Assembly (NCBI GenBank): GCA_016794255.1
Contig: JAEUIL010000073.1
Span: 1-38,142 of the forward strand
Direction: 5' to 3'
Origin: Planctomycetaceae bacterium
GTDB lineage: Bacteria; Planctomycetota; Planctomycetia; Pirellulales; PNKZ01
DNA: 38,142 bases
A model generated the notes under the pieces. It was not told the origin of the DNA. It searched no databases and saw only the letters and a list, made by a program, of their open reading frames with translations. The position numbers were made by a program, and so were the translations under genes. Of this stretch, positions 8,000 to 17,700 are shown piece by piece; positions within the stretch are counted from its first letter, which is position 1, and every line of letters starts with the position of its first letter.

Positions 8000-9097
8000 C
8001 TACCGATCGACACGAAACGGTGTGAGATCGATCTGCGGTGGCTCGCCATTGATGAGTTGGGCCATGACCACGGCGGTCGAGCAGGACATCGAAAGGCCTG
8101 CGCGGAAGTGACCGGCGGCGATCCAGGCGTTGTCGAACTTCGGCAACCGGCTGAGATACGGCAGAACATCGAGCGTCGCGGGCCGCAAGCCGGACCAACT
8201 CTTTTCGACCGGTGCACCCGCTAGGGCTGGTACGAGTGTCGTGGCGAAGTCGAGCAAGCCACGAATCGCGACGTCGGTGGTCCGTTTCTCGAAGCCGACA
8301 TCTTCTTCGGTTGAACCGACGAGTACCCGTCCATCGTCCCGCGGCACGAGATAGCGCGGGCCATCGTTGATGTTGTGACGAATCACCTCGCGGCCAGGGT
8401 TAAGCAGCACGATCTGACCACGAATCGGTTTCACGCCGACTTCAAAGCCGAGCAGCGACGCGATTGGTGCGCTCCACGCTCCGCCGCAGATGCAAACCTT
8501 GTCGGCCTCGATCAACCCAATGTTGGTTTGCACGGCGACCACGGACTTGGCCGCGGTCACGAATCCGAGCGCGGCGACCTGCGACGAAAGTTTGACGCCA
8601 CGTTGCTCACACGCGGCAACCAACGCGCGGAGATGCCGGGGGTTGCGCAGTTGGGCCTCGTCGCGGACCAAATCGACTTCGCTTTGCGGCTGCAAGTTCG
8701 GTTCGATGTCGGCAAGCTGCGTCGGAGACACGGTCTCGACCGGCACACCCTGCTGGTGCCACATGCGGCGGAACGACGCGAGTTCCTCGGCCCCGGCCGG
8801 ACTGTGAGCCAGGAACAACCCGCCGCAACGTCGGTAGCCGTTGTCGATGCCGGTCTCTGCGCGAAGTCGCTCGGCCCAGATCGGATGCAATTGCCAACCG
8901 AGAGCCGCGAGTTGATCAAGTGGATGCAGTCCGGCGACGTTGCGAGCCGCGGGAATCATCCCCGCCCCGGCCCAACTCGATTCTTGGCCGAACTGGCCGC
9001 GATCGATGACATGGACCTTCGCGCCACGTCCGACGAGTTCATACGCCAAAGAGAGCCCGATCGCTCCGCCACCGACAATGAGTACATCAAAGTTCAT
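8000..9097 (-). CDS. thiO: FAD-dependent oxidoreductase of the DAO family, glycine oxidase (ThiO)-like
   Basis: 365 aa. N-terminal dinucleotide fold 'DVLIVGGGAIGLSLAYEL...VHVIDRG', 'SWAGAGMIPA', and C-terminal 'AAGHFRAGLSMSCSTAVVMAQLINGE...FRVDR', as in ThiO-type glycine oxidases. Substrate assignment is tentative. Confidence 0.7.
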   Translation of the reverse strand: MNFDVLIVGGGAIGLSLAYELVGRGAKVHVIDRGQFGQESSWAGAGMIPAARNVAGLHPLDQLAALGWQLHPIWAERLRAETGIDNGYRRCGGLFLAHSPAGAEELASFRRMWHQQGVPVETVSPTQLADIEPNLQPQSEVDLVRDEAQLRNPRHLRALVAACEQRGVKLSSQVAALGFVTAAKSVVAVQTNIGLIEADKVCICGGAWSAPIASLLGFEVGVKPIRGQIVLLNPGREVIRHNINDGPRYLVPRDDGRVLVGSTEEDVGFEKRTTDVAIRGLLDFATTLVPALAGAPVEKSWSGLRPATLDVLPYLSRLPKFDNAWIAAGHFRAGLSMSCSTAVVMAQLINGEPPQIDLTPFRVDR

Positions 9098-9197
9098 GAG
9101 GCGATTTTAGCTGACGCACCGCGCAATGCGAGAGGCGCACCGAGGTGCAGAACCGACGACGAACGACTCGGCATCACTTGAGCCACGAATAGTCGCG

Positions 9198-9440
9198 TCA
9201 ATCGTCACGATCGCCGCGCAACAATCGTTTGAGCAACACGGGATCGACGCGTCCGAAGAACCGCTCGCGCCCATCGATCACGACCACGGGCACGTGCCAA
9301 TCGTACTTGGCTTTGAGTTCCGGCTGCTGATCGATATCCACACTCAGTGGGGTGAGGCCATGCGCGACCAGAGTTTCCCGGGCCACGTCGCACAGATGAC
9401 AGCCGACCCGCGTGTACAGAATCACTTCATGGTCCGACAT
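9198..9440 (-). CDS. glutaredoxin-like small thioredoxin-fold protein (DUF836-type)
   Basis: 80 aa. 'ILYTRVGCHLCDVARETL' provides the CxxC motif, followed by 'VDIDQQPELKAKYDWHVPVVVIDG', the classic small glutaredoxin-family layout. Confidence 0.75.
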   Translation of the reverse strand: MSDHEVILYTRVGCHLCDVARETLVAHGLTPLSVDIDQQPELKAKYDWHVPVVVIDGRERFFGRVDPVLLKRLLRGDRDD

Positions 9441-9792
9441 GCAAACTCCTTAGCGACTACGTTCTGAATCACTCCGCCGGATCGGGCGATGGAATGGCAT
9501 TTGCGGTCCACTCGTGGCGCTCGTAGCGACGCGAAGTTGTAGCGGCGCAGAAATTTAGCCGAAAGGTGCAATATCTAGTTTACGGACCTACGAATTGCTG
9601 GTATTCTCGCCGCGTTAAGATTACTCTAGAAAACGGTTTAGCTCCTATTCTGGAGTCGATTGTCGCAGCCGATCGACGAGCTTGTTCGAGCGTTGCTAGC
9701 GAAGGTCACGCGTGAGCCCAGCGATGCGGCATCGGCGGTCGTGTCGAGTTTGTTAGCCCCTAATTCTTGGCCCTGAAGCGGGCCGAAATGAG

Positions 9793-11565
9793 ATGGCGAA
9801 ACTTCCAGGCGACAAATTTCTCGAACTGCTGCGTCGCAGCGATTTGGTGGATGCCAAGTCGCTCGACAAGTCGTTGGCCGAGTTGTCGGCACAGAAGGGC
9901 GAAGCCGCGCTGCTTGATGGCGATCTCGTGTCCGAGCATTTGATTAACGCCGGTCTGATCACCGCATGGCAGCGCGACAAGCTCATGGAGGGGCGTCACA
10001 AGGGCTTCTTTGTCGGCAAGTACAAACTGCACTCACTCTTGGGTGCCGGCGGGATGAGCCACGTCTATCTTGCCGAGCATCGCCAGATGCGGCGCCGCGT
10101 GGCGATCAAGGTGCTGCCCAAGGCCAAGACGAACAACACCTCGTATCTCGAACGGTTCTATCTCGAAGCTCGCGCCGCCGCCGCGCTCGATCATCCGAAT
10201 ATCGTCCGCGCTTACGACATTGATTTTGACGAAGAGCAGAACGTGCACTACTTCGTGATGGAGTACGTGCAAGGGCGCGACTTGCAGGCCACGGTGAAAC
10301 AGCGTGGGCCACTGCCGTATGCCGAGGCCGCCGAGTTTATCCGTCAAGCGGCGCTCGGCTTGGAACATGCGCATCAGGTGGGCATGGTCCACCGCGACAT
10401 CAAGCCGGCGAATTTGCTCATCGACTTGAAGGGAACGGTGCGCATTCTCGACATGGGCTTGGCCCGGTTTGACGAGCCCGAGAAAGATAACGAGAAGGCG
10501 TCGCTCACCGTCACGCACGAAGAGAACGTGCTGGGTACGGCAGACTATCTCGCGCCGGAACAAGCGATCAACAGTCACTCGGTCGACGCCCGAGCGGATA
10601 TCTACAGTCTCGGCTGCACGCTGTATTACTTGCTCACCGGCCGACCGCCGTTTCCCGAAGGCACGATCACGCAGCGGTTGTTGAAGCACCAAACCGCCGA
10701 GCCCGCGCCAATCGTGAAGACCCGGCCGGACGCTCCGCAAGAGATCGTCGACATCTGCCGCAAGATGATGGCCAAGAAGCCGGAGAACCGCTTCCAAACC
10801 ACGGGCGACGTGGCGACGGCGCTGACCGGCTTTATCTCGGCAGTCCGGGGTGACTCGGGCGTGCTGGCCGCTTCGGGGACTGCCTCGGCCAAGGTGGGTG
10901 GCTCGGACAGCAATCTCCGCGGTCGGGGCGATGGCGGTTCTGGTCCGTTGCGGACCGACGGGGTTGAATCGGCACCAAACGCCGGGTCGCCGTTCCAAGA
11001 TACCGCCCCGAACTTGATGCCGACGATCAAGGTCAGCGGCTCGTCGCCCGACATGGGCCTCCCGCAGATCGACACCTCGGGCGGCAGCAAGAAGGGGAGC
11101 AAGACCAAGCTGCCGGCCGTCGAAGCCGCGCCGGCTGTTAACGTTCACGATGCCGCGACTCTTCCCGAGGTGCGCATCGGCGGGGCGTCGGCGAGCGGCA
11201 AGGGTGCGGTTGCCGCCGCGGCACCGGTTCCTGTCGCCGCAGCCGCAGGCGCTCCCGTGGCTCAAGCAGCCGCGCCTGCACCGATTGCGAAGAAAAAGAA
11301 GGTCTCGACCAAGAAGGCGCGTGAACGGGGACAGATGATCATCCTCGTCGGCATTCTCGTGATGATGGCATTGTTCGCAGCGGTGCTGATTCCGCTGATG
11401 AAGTACGTCAACGAGCAGAATCGGCTCTTCGAAGAAGACAAAAAGCGGAAGCAGGAACAGAAGAAGGGTGTCTTGGGCCAGTTCGATCCGACGCTCGCGC
11501 CAGCGTCGCAGCTTTGCGTGCATCGTCCCGCTGCGTTCGACGCAAAGTTTTCCCAGAACGGCTAG
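9793..11565 (+). CDS. membrane-anchored Ser/Thr protein kinase (Hanks type)
   Basis: 590 aa. Gly-loop 'LGAGGMSHVY', catalytic-lysine region 'VAIKVL', 'HRDIKPANLL', 'DMGLA', 'YLAPE'. Ala/Pro/Gly-rich linker, then a C-terminal TM helix 'MIILVGILVMMALFAAVLIPLM'. Confidence 0.9.
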   Translation: MAKLPGDKFLELLRRSDLVDAKSLDKSLAELSAQKGEAALLDGDLVSEHLINAGLITAWQRDKLMEGRHKGFFVGKYKLHSLLGAGGMSHVYLAEHRQMRRRVAIKVLPKAKTNNTSYLERFYLEARAAAALDHPNIVRAYDIDFDEEQNVHYFVMEYVQGRDLQATVKQRGPLPYAEAAEFIRQAALGLEHAHQVGMVHRDIKPANLLIDLKGTVRILDMGLARFDEPEKDNEKASLTVTHEENVLGTADYLAPEQAINSHSVDARADIYSLGCTLYYLLTGRPPFPEGTITQRLLKHQTAEPAPIVKTRPDAPQEIVDICRKMMAKKPENRFQTTGDVATALTGFISAVRGDSGVLAASGTASAKVGGSDSNLRGRGDGGSGPLRTDGVESAPNAGSPFQDTAPNLMPTIKVSGSSPDMGLPQIDTSGGSKKGSKTKLPAVEAAPAVNVHDAATLPEVRIGGASASGKGAVAAAAPVPVAAAAGAPVAQAAAPAPIAKKKKVSTKKARERGQMIILVGILVMMALFAAVLIPLMKYVNEQNRLFEEDKKRKQEQKKGVLGQFDPTLAPASQLCVHRPAAFDAKFSQNG

Positions 11566-11620
11566 TTTCCGACTGCCGGTTTCGCCTCGGCCGGGTCAAT
11601 ACCCCCGCTGGAATTTCTCT

Positions 11621-11643
11621 AAGTGCTTGCAATTTAAGCACTT
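11621..11643. promoter_or_regulatory. 8-bp-arm palindrome AAGTGCTT-N7-AAGCACTT in the AT-rich spacer upstream of the HExxH gene (operator or hairpin candidate)
   Basis: Perfect inverted repeat 11621-11628 / 11636-11643. A second CACTTG copy at 11652-11657 offers an alternative pairing. A further 12/13 stem-loop lies at 11703-11738. Confidence 0.3.
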
Positions 11644-11800
11644 GAAATGTTCACTTGTCCGGATTTTTGGTGGGCATCTAAACTAGAAATGTGGTCGGCG
11701 GAGGTCAGCTCGCGGAATCAACGCACCGCGAGCCGACCCTCGATCAACCGACCCGTGGGATGCGCCTAGGAAAGTCGCCCCACCAAACCCATTTCGCTGG

Positions 11801-12517
11801 ATGCATGTCGCCGCACGAACCAAGGTTCCGGCCATGCTGAACAATCGCTCGCAGTCCAACTTTCGCCAACTCAAAACGTCGTCCAAGGCCGTCAAGCGGG
11901 CATATCGCTCCGAGCCGACGGTCGCGCAGCAGTTCGGGGGCAAACGTGCCCGCGGACAGCAAAACGTGCGGTTGCCGTACACTCCGCCCGAACGCTGGCA
12001 CGACCCGGTCGAGGCCAACTCGGGTTATCGGTTTGTCGTCGACGAACCGGGGGCGGGCTATCGGTTTGTGCTGACTCCAGACGAAGTGCGCGAGCGGCTC
12101 TCGCAGCTTCCGGCGAAGTTCGTCAAACCGCTACAGGTAGTCCATTTCGCCCAAATGACCCGCAAGAAGCGGCGGTCGCCCTGCTACGGCATGCAGTGGG
12201 GCTCGACGATCTACCTGTACCCGATCGAAGTCGATTTGATCGAGCATTACGACAATCCGCCGCGTCCGGGCCAGCTCATTGAAGCGCAAATGTACGGCGG
12301 TCAATGGGAAGAGGGCCCCAGCGGTCATTGGCGACTGGTGTGGACCGAGTCGGCGATCAAGGACTTCTTCTTGAACAACATCCTGATCCATGAGTTGGGC
12401 CATCTGATCGACGGCCGCAACTCACGCACCATCGACCGCGAACGGTACGCCGAATGGTTCGCGATCGAACACGGCTATCGACCCACGCAGGCCGAACGCC
12501 GCCAACGTCGGGCTTAG
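11801..12517 (+). CDS. hypothetical protein with a C-terminal HExxH zinc-metallopeptidase-like motif (start uncertain: ATG 11801 or 11834)
   Basis: 238 aa with normal composition. The only recognisable signature is 'NILIHELGHLIDGRN' near the C-terminus. I recognise no family. No clear SD precedes either ATG. Confidence 0.5.
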   Translation: MHVAARTKVPAMLNNRSQSNFRQLKTSSKAVKRAYRSEPTVAQQFGGKRARGQQNVRLPYTPPERWHDPVEANSGYRFVVDEPGAGYRFVLTPDEVRERLSQLPAKFVKPLQVVHFAQMTRKKRRSPCYGMQWGSTIYLYPIEVDLIEHYDNPPRPGQLIEAQMYGGQWEEGPSGHWRLVWTESAIKDFFLNNILIHELGHLIDGRNSRTIDRERYAEWFAIEHGYRPTQAERRQRRA

Positions 12518-12710
12518 GCGGCGGAGGATGAGCTTGCCAGGGTGACTCGCTGGTGGCGTGGCAATCGTCGGGGGGTAATCTCGGACCGGCCGACGCATGG
12601 CTATTTGCAGCCAATTCACTTGGATTTAGCGGCGATGGTCCGTTATACTCCCACAGTAGGTGAGGGGACACTATCGCATCATCCGGAACTATCCAGAGAG
12701 GAATCGTGCC

Positions 12711-14603
12711 ATGAACTTTAGCCGTGTGTTGGGAACGGCTGTATTGATCGCGAGTTTCGCGATCGCGTCACAGGCTCAGGCCGAGCTCAGTCCCCGAGAT
12801 CAGGCCAAATTCGATGCCGTCAAATTGTCGTTGGAGCAGGCCGTCAGCCTGTACAAGACGAAGAAGCTCGAAGAGCTCGGCATGTTGCTGCAAGAAGTCG
12901 AAGTCAAAGTCGGCGAATTGAAGAACGCGCTGCCTGCGGATGAGTTCGCGGGCTTGGAGAAACGCTTGGGCGCTGCGCAGCGATTGCTCAAGAACGCGCT
13001 CGACGATCTGCCGATGAAGCCGGCCACACCGGCCAAGACAACGCCCACACCGACGAAGACTCCGGCGAAGACGCCGGCCAAGGGTACCGCGCCGACCGCG
13101 GGTGGCGTCAGCTTCGTGCGCGAGATCGCGCCGATCTTTGTGAAGGCCTGCACGGGCTGTCACATCAATGGTGCGCGTGGCGGACTCAGCCTGCGTACTT
13201 ATAACGACATCATGAAGGGCTCGACGGCCGGCATCATCTTCACGCCGGGCAAGGGTGACGGCGGTGCGTTGCTCGAGCAACTTGCCACCTCGAGCATGCC
13301 GCCCGGACCGAACAAGCTCACGCAGATGGAAGTCGCGTCGATCGTGAACTGGATCAATCAAGGTGCGAAGTTCGACGGTCCCGACCCGACGGCTCCGCTG
13401 CCGACGTTGGTTCCGGCAGGCACGGCACCCGGCAACAACCCGGGCATGCAAGTGGCACGCGCCACCGGCAATGAAAAGGTGTCGTTCATGCGCGACATTG
13501 CTCCGGTGCTGAACGAGACCTGCGTTCGTTGTCACGCGGGCCAGCAAGCGGGCGGCAACTTTGAGATGGCAAACTTCAACCAATTCATCAGCAACCGTGG
13601 CGACAGCGGCGGCGCGATTACCCCGGGCAATCCCCAGGGAAGCGTGCTGATTCAAAAGCTGCGTGGCACGGCGACCAAGGGTGGCCGGATGCCGCGCAAC
13701 CGCGAGCCGCTCTCGGAAGAGACGATCAAGAAGTTCGAGACCTGGGTCGCCGAAGGTGCCAAGTTCGACGGCGAAGACCCGGCGCAGAGCATCGACTTTG
13801 CGCTCAAGGTGATCAAGGCCCGTAAGATGACTCACGATGAGCTGGCCGAGTGGCGTGTCGACATGGCCTTGGCCAACTGGGCGATGTCGAACCCGTCGAA
13901 CAAGCCCGACGTGGTGCGAGCGCCGACGCACACGATCATCGGCCGCTTGCCCGTGGCGCAAATGGAAGAAGCGTCTAAGGTTGCCGCCGCAGTGCATGAC
14001 AAAGTCGCGCAGGCATTCCGGTTGCCCACGACGCAGCCGTTGCTCAAAGGCAAGCTGTCGATCTTTGTCTTCGACAAGCGCTTTGAGTACAGCGAGCATT
14101 CGCGGATGGTCGAGAAACGCGATCCGCCGAAGGATGTCGTGGCTCACTGGCGATATGATGTGGTCGACGGCTACGGCTGCGTGCCGGCTCCACGCGATGG
14201 CGACACCGCGTTTGCCGGCAACGTCGCCGAGCAATTTGCGGGCGCTTACATCGAATCGCTCGGCAAGGGGGGCGTGCCCCGTTGGTTCGCCGTTGGTGCC
14301 GCGCGCATGATCGCCGCGCGGGTCGAACCAAAGAGCGTGATGGTTAAGACCTGGGACGACGCCGTTGCTCCGGCCATGTCGGGAGCAAGCAAGATCGATC
14401 AGATCCTGCAAGCCCGCGACCTCGACGGCACGGGCTCGGCCCTGAGCTACCACTTAGTGAAGTTCATGTCGGCCAAGCAGAATTCGATTCGATTCAATCA
14501 GTTGATCGACAACATGAAGCGTGGCACGCCGTTCAACAACGCCCTGCAACAGGCGTACGGAGTGGATGCCAAGAAGCTGGCTTCGATGTGCTTCGGAGGT
14601 TAA
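12711..14603 (+). CDS. secreted protein with two planctomycete-type cytochrome c domains (PSCyt1-like) and an uncharacterised C-terminal domain
   Basis: Start moved to ATG 12711, which is preceded by AGAGAGGA and yields the signal peptide 'MNFSRVLGTAVLIASFAIASQAQA'. CxxCH motifs are at 13149-13163 (CTGCH) and 13521-13535 (CVRCH). Each lies in the context 'VSF.R(E/D)IAP(I/V)...C..CH' and ends '...W(I/V)..GAKFDG'. A Pro/Thr/Lys linker sits between the coiled-coil N-terminus and the heme domains. Confidence 0.8.
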   Translation: MNFSRVLGTAVLIASFAIASQAQAELSPRDQAKFDAVKLSLEQAVSLYKTKKLEELGMLLQEVEVKVGELKNALPADEFAGLEKRLGAAQRLLKNALDDLPMKPATPAKTTPTPTKTPAKTPAKGTAPTAGGVSFVREIAPIFVKACTGCHINGARGGLSLRTYNDIMKGSTAGIIFTPGKGDGGALLEQLATSSMPPGPNKLTQMEVASIVNWINQGAKFDGPDPTAPLPTLVPAGTAPGNNPGMQVARATGNEKVSFMRDIAPVLNETCVRCHAGQQAGGNFEMANFNQFISNRGDSGGAITPGNPQGSVLIQKLRGTATKGGRMPRNREPLSEETIKKFETWVAEGAKFDGEDPAQSIDFALKVIKARKMTHDELAEWRVDMALANWAMSNPSNKPDVVRAPTHTIIGRLPVAQMEEASKVAAAVHDKVAQAFRLPTTQPLLKGKLSIFVFDKRFEYSEHSRMVEKRDPPKDVVAHWRYDVVDGYGCVPAPRDGDTAFAGNVAEQFAGAYIESLGKGGVPRWFAVGAARMIAARVEPKSVMVKTWDDAVAPAMSGASKIDQILQARDLDGTGSALSYHLVKFMSAKQNSIRFNQLIDNMKRGTPFNNALQQAYGVDAKKLASMCFGG

Positions 14604-14653
14604 TTGCCATCGCCGGGTTGCCGACTCGGCGTGGGATCGTAACGTGATCGTCG

Positions 14654-14692
14654 CAGCCCAGAGAAATTCGTTTCTCTGGGCTGTGACTTTTT
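14654..14692 (+). terminator. Rho-independent terminator downstream of the PSCyt1-domain gene
   Basis: Perfect 13-bp stem CAGCCCAGAGAAA (14654-14666) / TTTCTCTGGGCTG (14671-14683), loop TTCG, followed by TGACTTTTT. Confidence 0.7.
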
Positions 14693-14794
14693 CAGGGGAC
14701 CGAAAGTGTCGCTAGCCTTCCGCCTCGTTGCGATGTTTGCATCGCGACGGACACTGGTGTCCTCGGGCAGCAATCTGACAAGGGACTTTCGACT

Positions 14795-17700
14795 ATGACG
14801 AAACCGTCGACCGCCGTGGATGCCGAACTTGTTGCCCTGCGCAAGCGGGTCGCCGAACTTGAATCGGCTCAAGCCCAACAGCAGGCCGAACTCGCCACGT
14901 TGCAGGCCTCTTCGCATCGGCTGCATACAATTCTCGAACGTTCACCGATCGTGTTGTTCGAGACCGATCGCGATAGCCATTTCTCGTTCGTCGAGGGCAA
15001 GGGGCTTGAGCGACTGGGTATCACCGGCGAGCAATTGTTGGGGCGCCCGTCGATGCAGCTTTACGGGCAACTACCCGGCGTGGCCGAGCGTCGCGCGCGC
15101 GTCATGACCGGCGAGTCGACCGAGTTCACCTTGCCCGTTCGCGAAGACGCCATCTTCCGTATCTGGACCGCCCCCAGTCGCAACGCAGCGGGCGAGATCG
15201 TCGGCACCTACGGCGTGGCGATCGACACCACGGCGCAAAGCCTGGCCGAGCAGCAACTGAAACAACGCGAAGAGTTCTTTCACATGCTCACCTCGGTCTC
15301 GCCGACCGGCTTGTATCAGGTGACGGGACATGCAGTCGACTACGCCAATGAGCGGGCGATGGAAATTGCCGGACTTCCACCCGGTGACCTCTCGCCCGAA
15401 GCTTGGGCCAACGTGCTACATCCCGACGATCGTGAACGTGTGACGCAGGAGTGGCTCGACACCATCCAACAAAAGCGTCGCTTTGTCAGCGAGTATCGCT
15501 TCCTTCGGCCCGATGGCCAAACACTCCATGTCCAAGGCGAGGCGGTGCCGCGGCTCGATGCGCAGGGCAACGTCATTGGCGCGGTCGGCACGATCACCGA
15601 TATCTCCGGCATTAAGCAAGTCGAAACGCAGCTCAAACGCCACCATGATTGGCTTGAGTCGATCGCCGCGACGGTGCCCGGCGCAATCGCGGTCTACAAC
15701 ATTCGCACGCTCCGCTATTCGTTCGTCAGCGACGGCTTTCGCGAACTTCTCGGCTGCGATCCGCGCGAGTTGCTCGAGGGAAACTTCGACTGGATTGCTT
15801 CCCGCACGCATGCCGAGGATTTCGAGCGCGTGATGGGCGAGTCGCGCCAAGCGGTTGCCGACGACGACGCGCTGCCGCGCGAGTTGCGACGCAATATGGT
15901 CATCGGTTTCGAGTATCGCATGCGGCATGCCGATGGCTCGTGGCGTTGGGTGCGCACGATTGGCACCGTGTTCTCTCGCGACGAGGAAGGCCGCATTGCC
16001 GAAGTGCTCAACGTCACGCTCGACATCACCGATCGACACGAGATGGAGGATCGTCTGCGCGAAGCCCAATCGGAACTCGAGCGTCGCGTCGGCGAACGGA
16101 CCGCCGAGTTGGGAAGGATCAATGCCAGCCTGCGGCGCGAGATAGACCAGCGCGAAACCAGCGAACTTGAGTTGCGTAATAACAATCGTGTCTTGCGGAC
16201 GGTCTACGATACGATGAGCGACGGCGTGCAGATCGTGAACGTCGAACAGCGTTTGGTCATGACCAACCGCGCGGGCGATCGAATTCTCAATCTGCATCAG
16301 CCGCGTCAGTCGTGGCGATTCGACGGACGCGCGTTCGAGACCGATCAAGCCACGGCGATCGCCCGCGCTGATTTGCCCCACGCTCGTGCCTTGCGCGGCG
16401 AAGCCGTCCGCAATTTCGATCTGTATCTCGCTCCCAACGAGCACATGCCCGAGGGCGCTTGGCTGAACGTCAACGCGGATCCGCTGCACAACGATCACGG
16501 TCAGGTCACTGGCGCCGTGATTATCTTTCGCGATGATACCGCACGTCGCCGAGCGCTCGACGCGTTGCGGCAAAGTCTCGACCGCTTCAATCTCATGGTC
16601 GACGGCTCGAAAGTCGGCCTCTGGGACGCCCTGGTCAACGTCGACGATCCGCTCAATCCCGAGAATCCACTGTACTATTCGCCCCACATGACGCGGTTGC
16701 TCGGCTACGAGCCGGCCGAGTTCGGCACCAAGCTTAGCGCCTGGGCCAATCATGTTCATCCCGACGATCAACCGCGGGTCTTCGCTGCGCTCATGGCGCA
16801 CATGAACGAGAATGTGCCCTACGACATCGAGTATCGTTGCTATACCAAACAGCGCGAACTACGCTGGTTCGCCGCCCGGGGCGACTCGATTCGCGACGAA
16901 CACAACCGGACTATTCGTTTGAGCGGTTCGTTTATCGACATCACGGCCCGCAAGCTAGCCGAACAAGAACTGGCGCAGAAAGAAGGCTTGCTGCGCATCA
17001 TGATGGATACGACGTCGGCCGTCGTGTACATCAAAGATCTCGACGGTAGGTATCTCTACATCAATCACGAGTTTGAGAAGCTCTTTAACGTCACGCGCGA
17101 GCAGCATATCGGGCGGTCCGATTTTGACCTGTTTCCGCACGATGTTGCCGAGGCGTTCCGCTGCAACGATCAGCAAGTTGCTCAAGCGGCCGATCCCGTG
17201 CAGTTCGAGGAGTACGCGCCGCGTGACGACGGTATGCACACCTATCTGTCGGTGAAATTCGCAATCCGCAATTGGTCCGGCGACGTCTACGCGACCTGCG
17301 GCATCTCGACCGACATTACCGAGCGCAAACGGTCCGAAGCACGCTTGATCGAAGATCAGCGATTCTTGCGCGGGCTGATCGCCGTCAACGAACGCGAGCG
17401 ACAGACGATGGCCTACAACCTACACGACGGTCTGATTCAGTACATCACCGGCAGCGTCATGGAGATTGAGGGACTGACCAAAACGATTCAGCTCAATGAC
17501 GAGCAACGCTCGCGTTTCGACAACGTGCTGCGTAGTTTGCGGCAGGCGATCAACGACGGACGTCGCGTCCTGTCGGGCCTGCGGCCATTGGTGCTCGACG
17601 CCTCGGGCGTGGTGATCGCGCTCGAACATCTGCTCGCCGAGCTGCGGGCCAACACGACCATCGATTTATCGCTCACGCAGCGCGTTGACTTCGATCGCTT

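Noticed and set aside
9441-9792. 352-bp divergent spacer (glutaredoxin-like gene / kinase gene) examined for a tRNA, 6S/tmRNA-like RNA or riboswitch.
   Set aside because: There is no tRNA T-arm/anticodon-arm pattern and no extended conserved-looking helices. I saw only 5-6 bp hairpins (for example GTCGAT-N10-ATCGAC). Nothing supportable without covariance-model searches.
12660-12710. Upstream start at 12660 for the PSCyt1 protein, and likewise upstream starts 27537 (TIM barrel) and 19270 (membrane protein).
   Set aside because: The internal ATGs are preceded by SD-like purine tracts and yield proper Sec, Tat or TM N-termini. The extensions are Arg/Pro-rich and non-protein-like.
13020-13100. 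Apparent tandem DNA repeats in Pro/Thr/Ala/Lys linker regions. Similar regions occur at 23530-23760, 32450-32580 and 11190-11300.
   Set aside because: This is low-complexity coding sequence for flexible linkers within well-supported genes. There is no exact unit length, so these are not independent repeat features.
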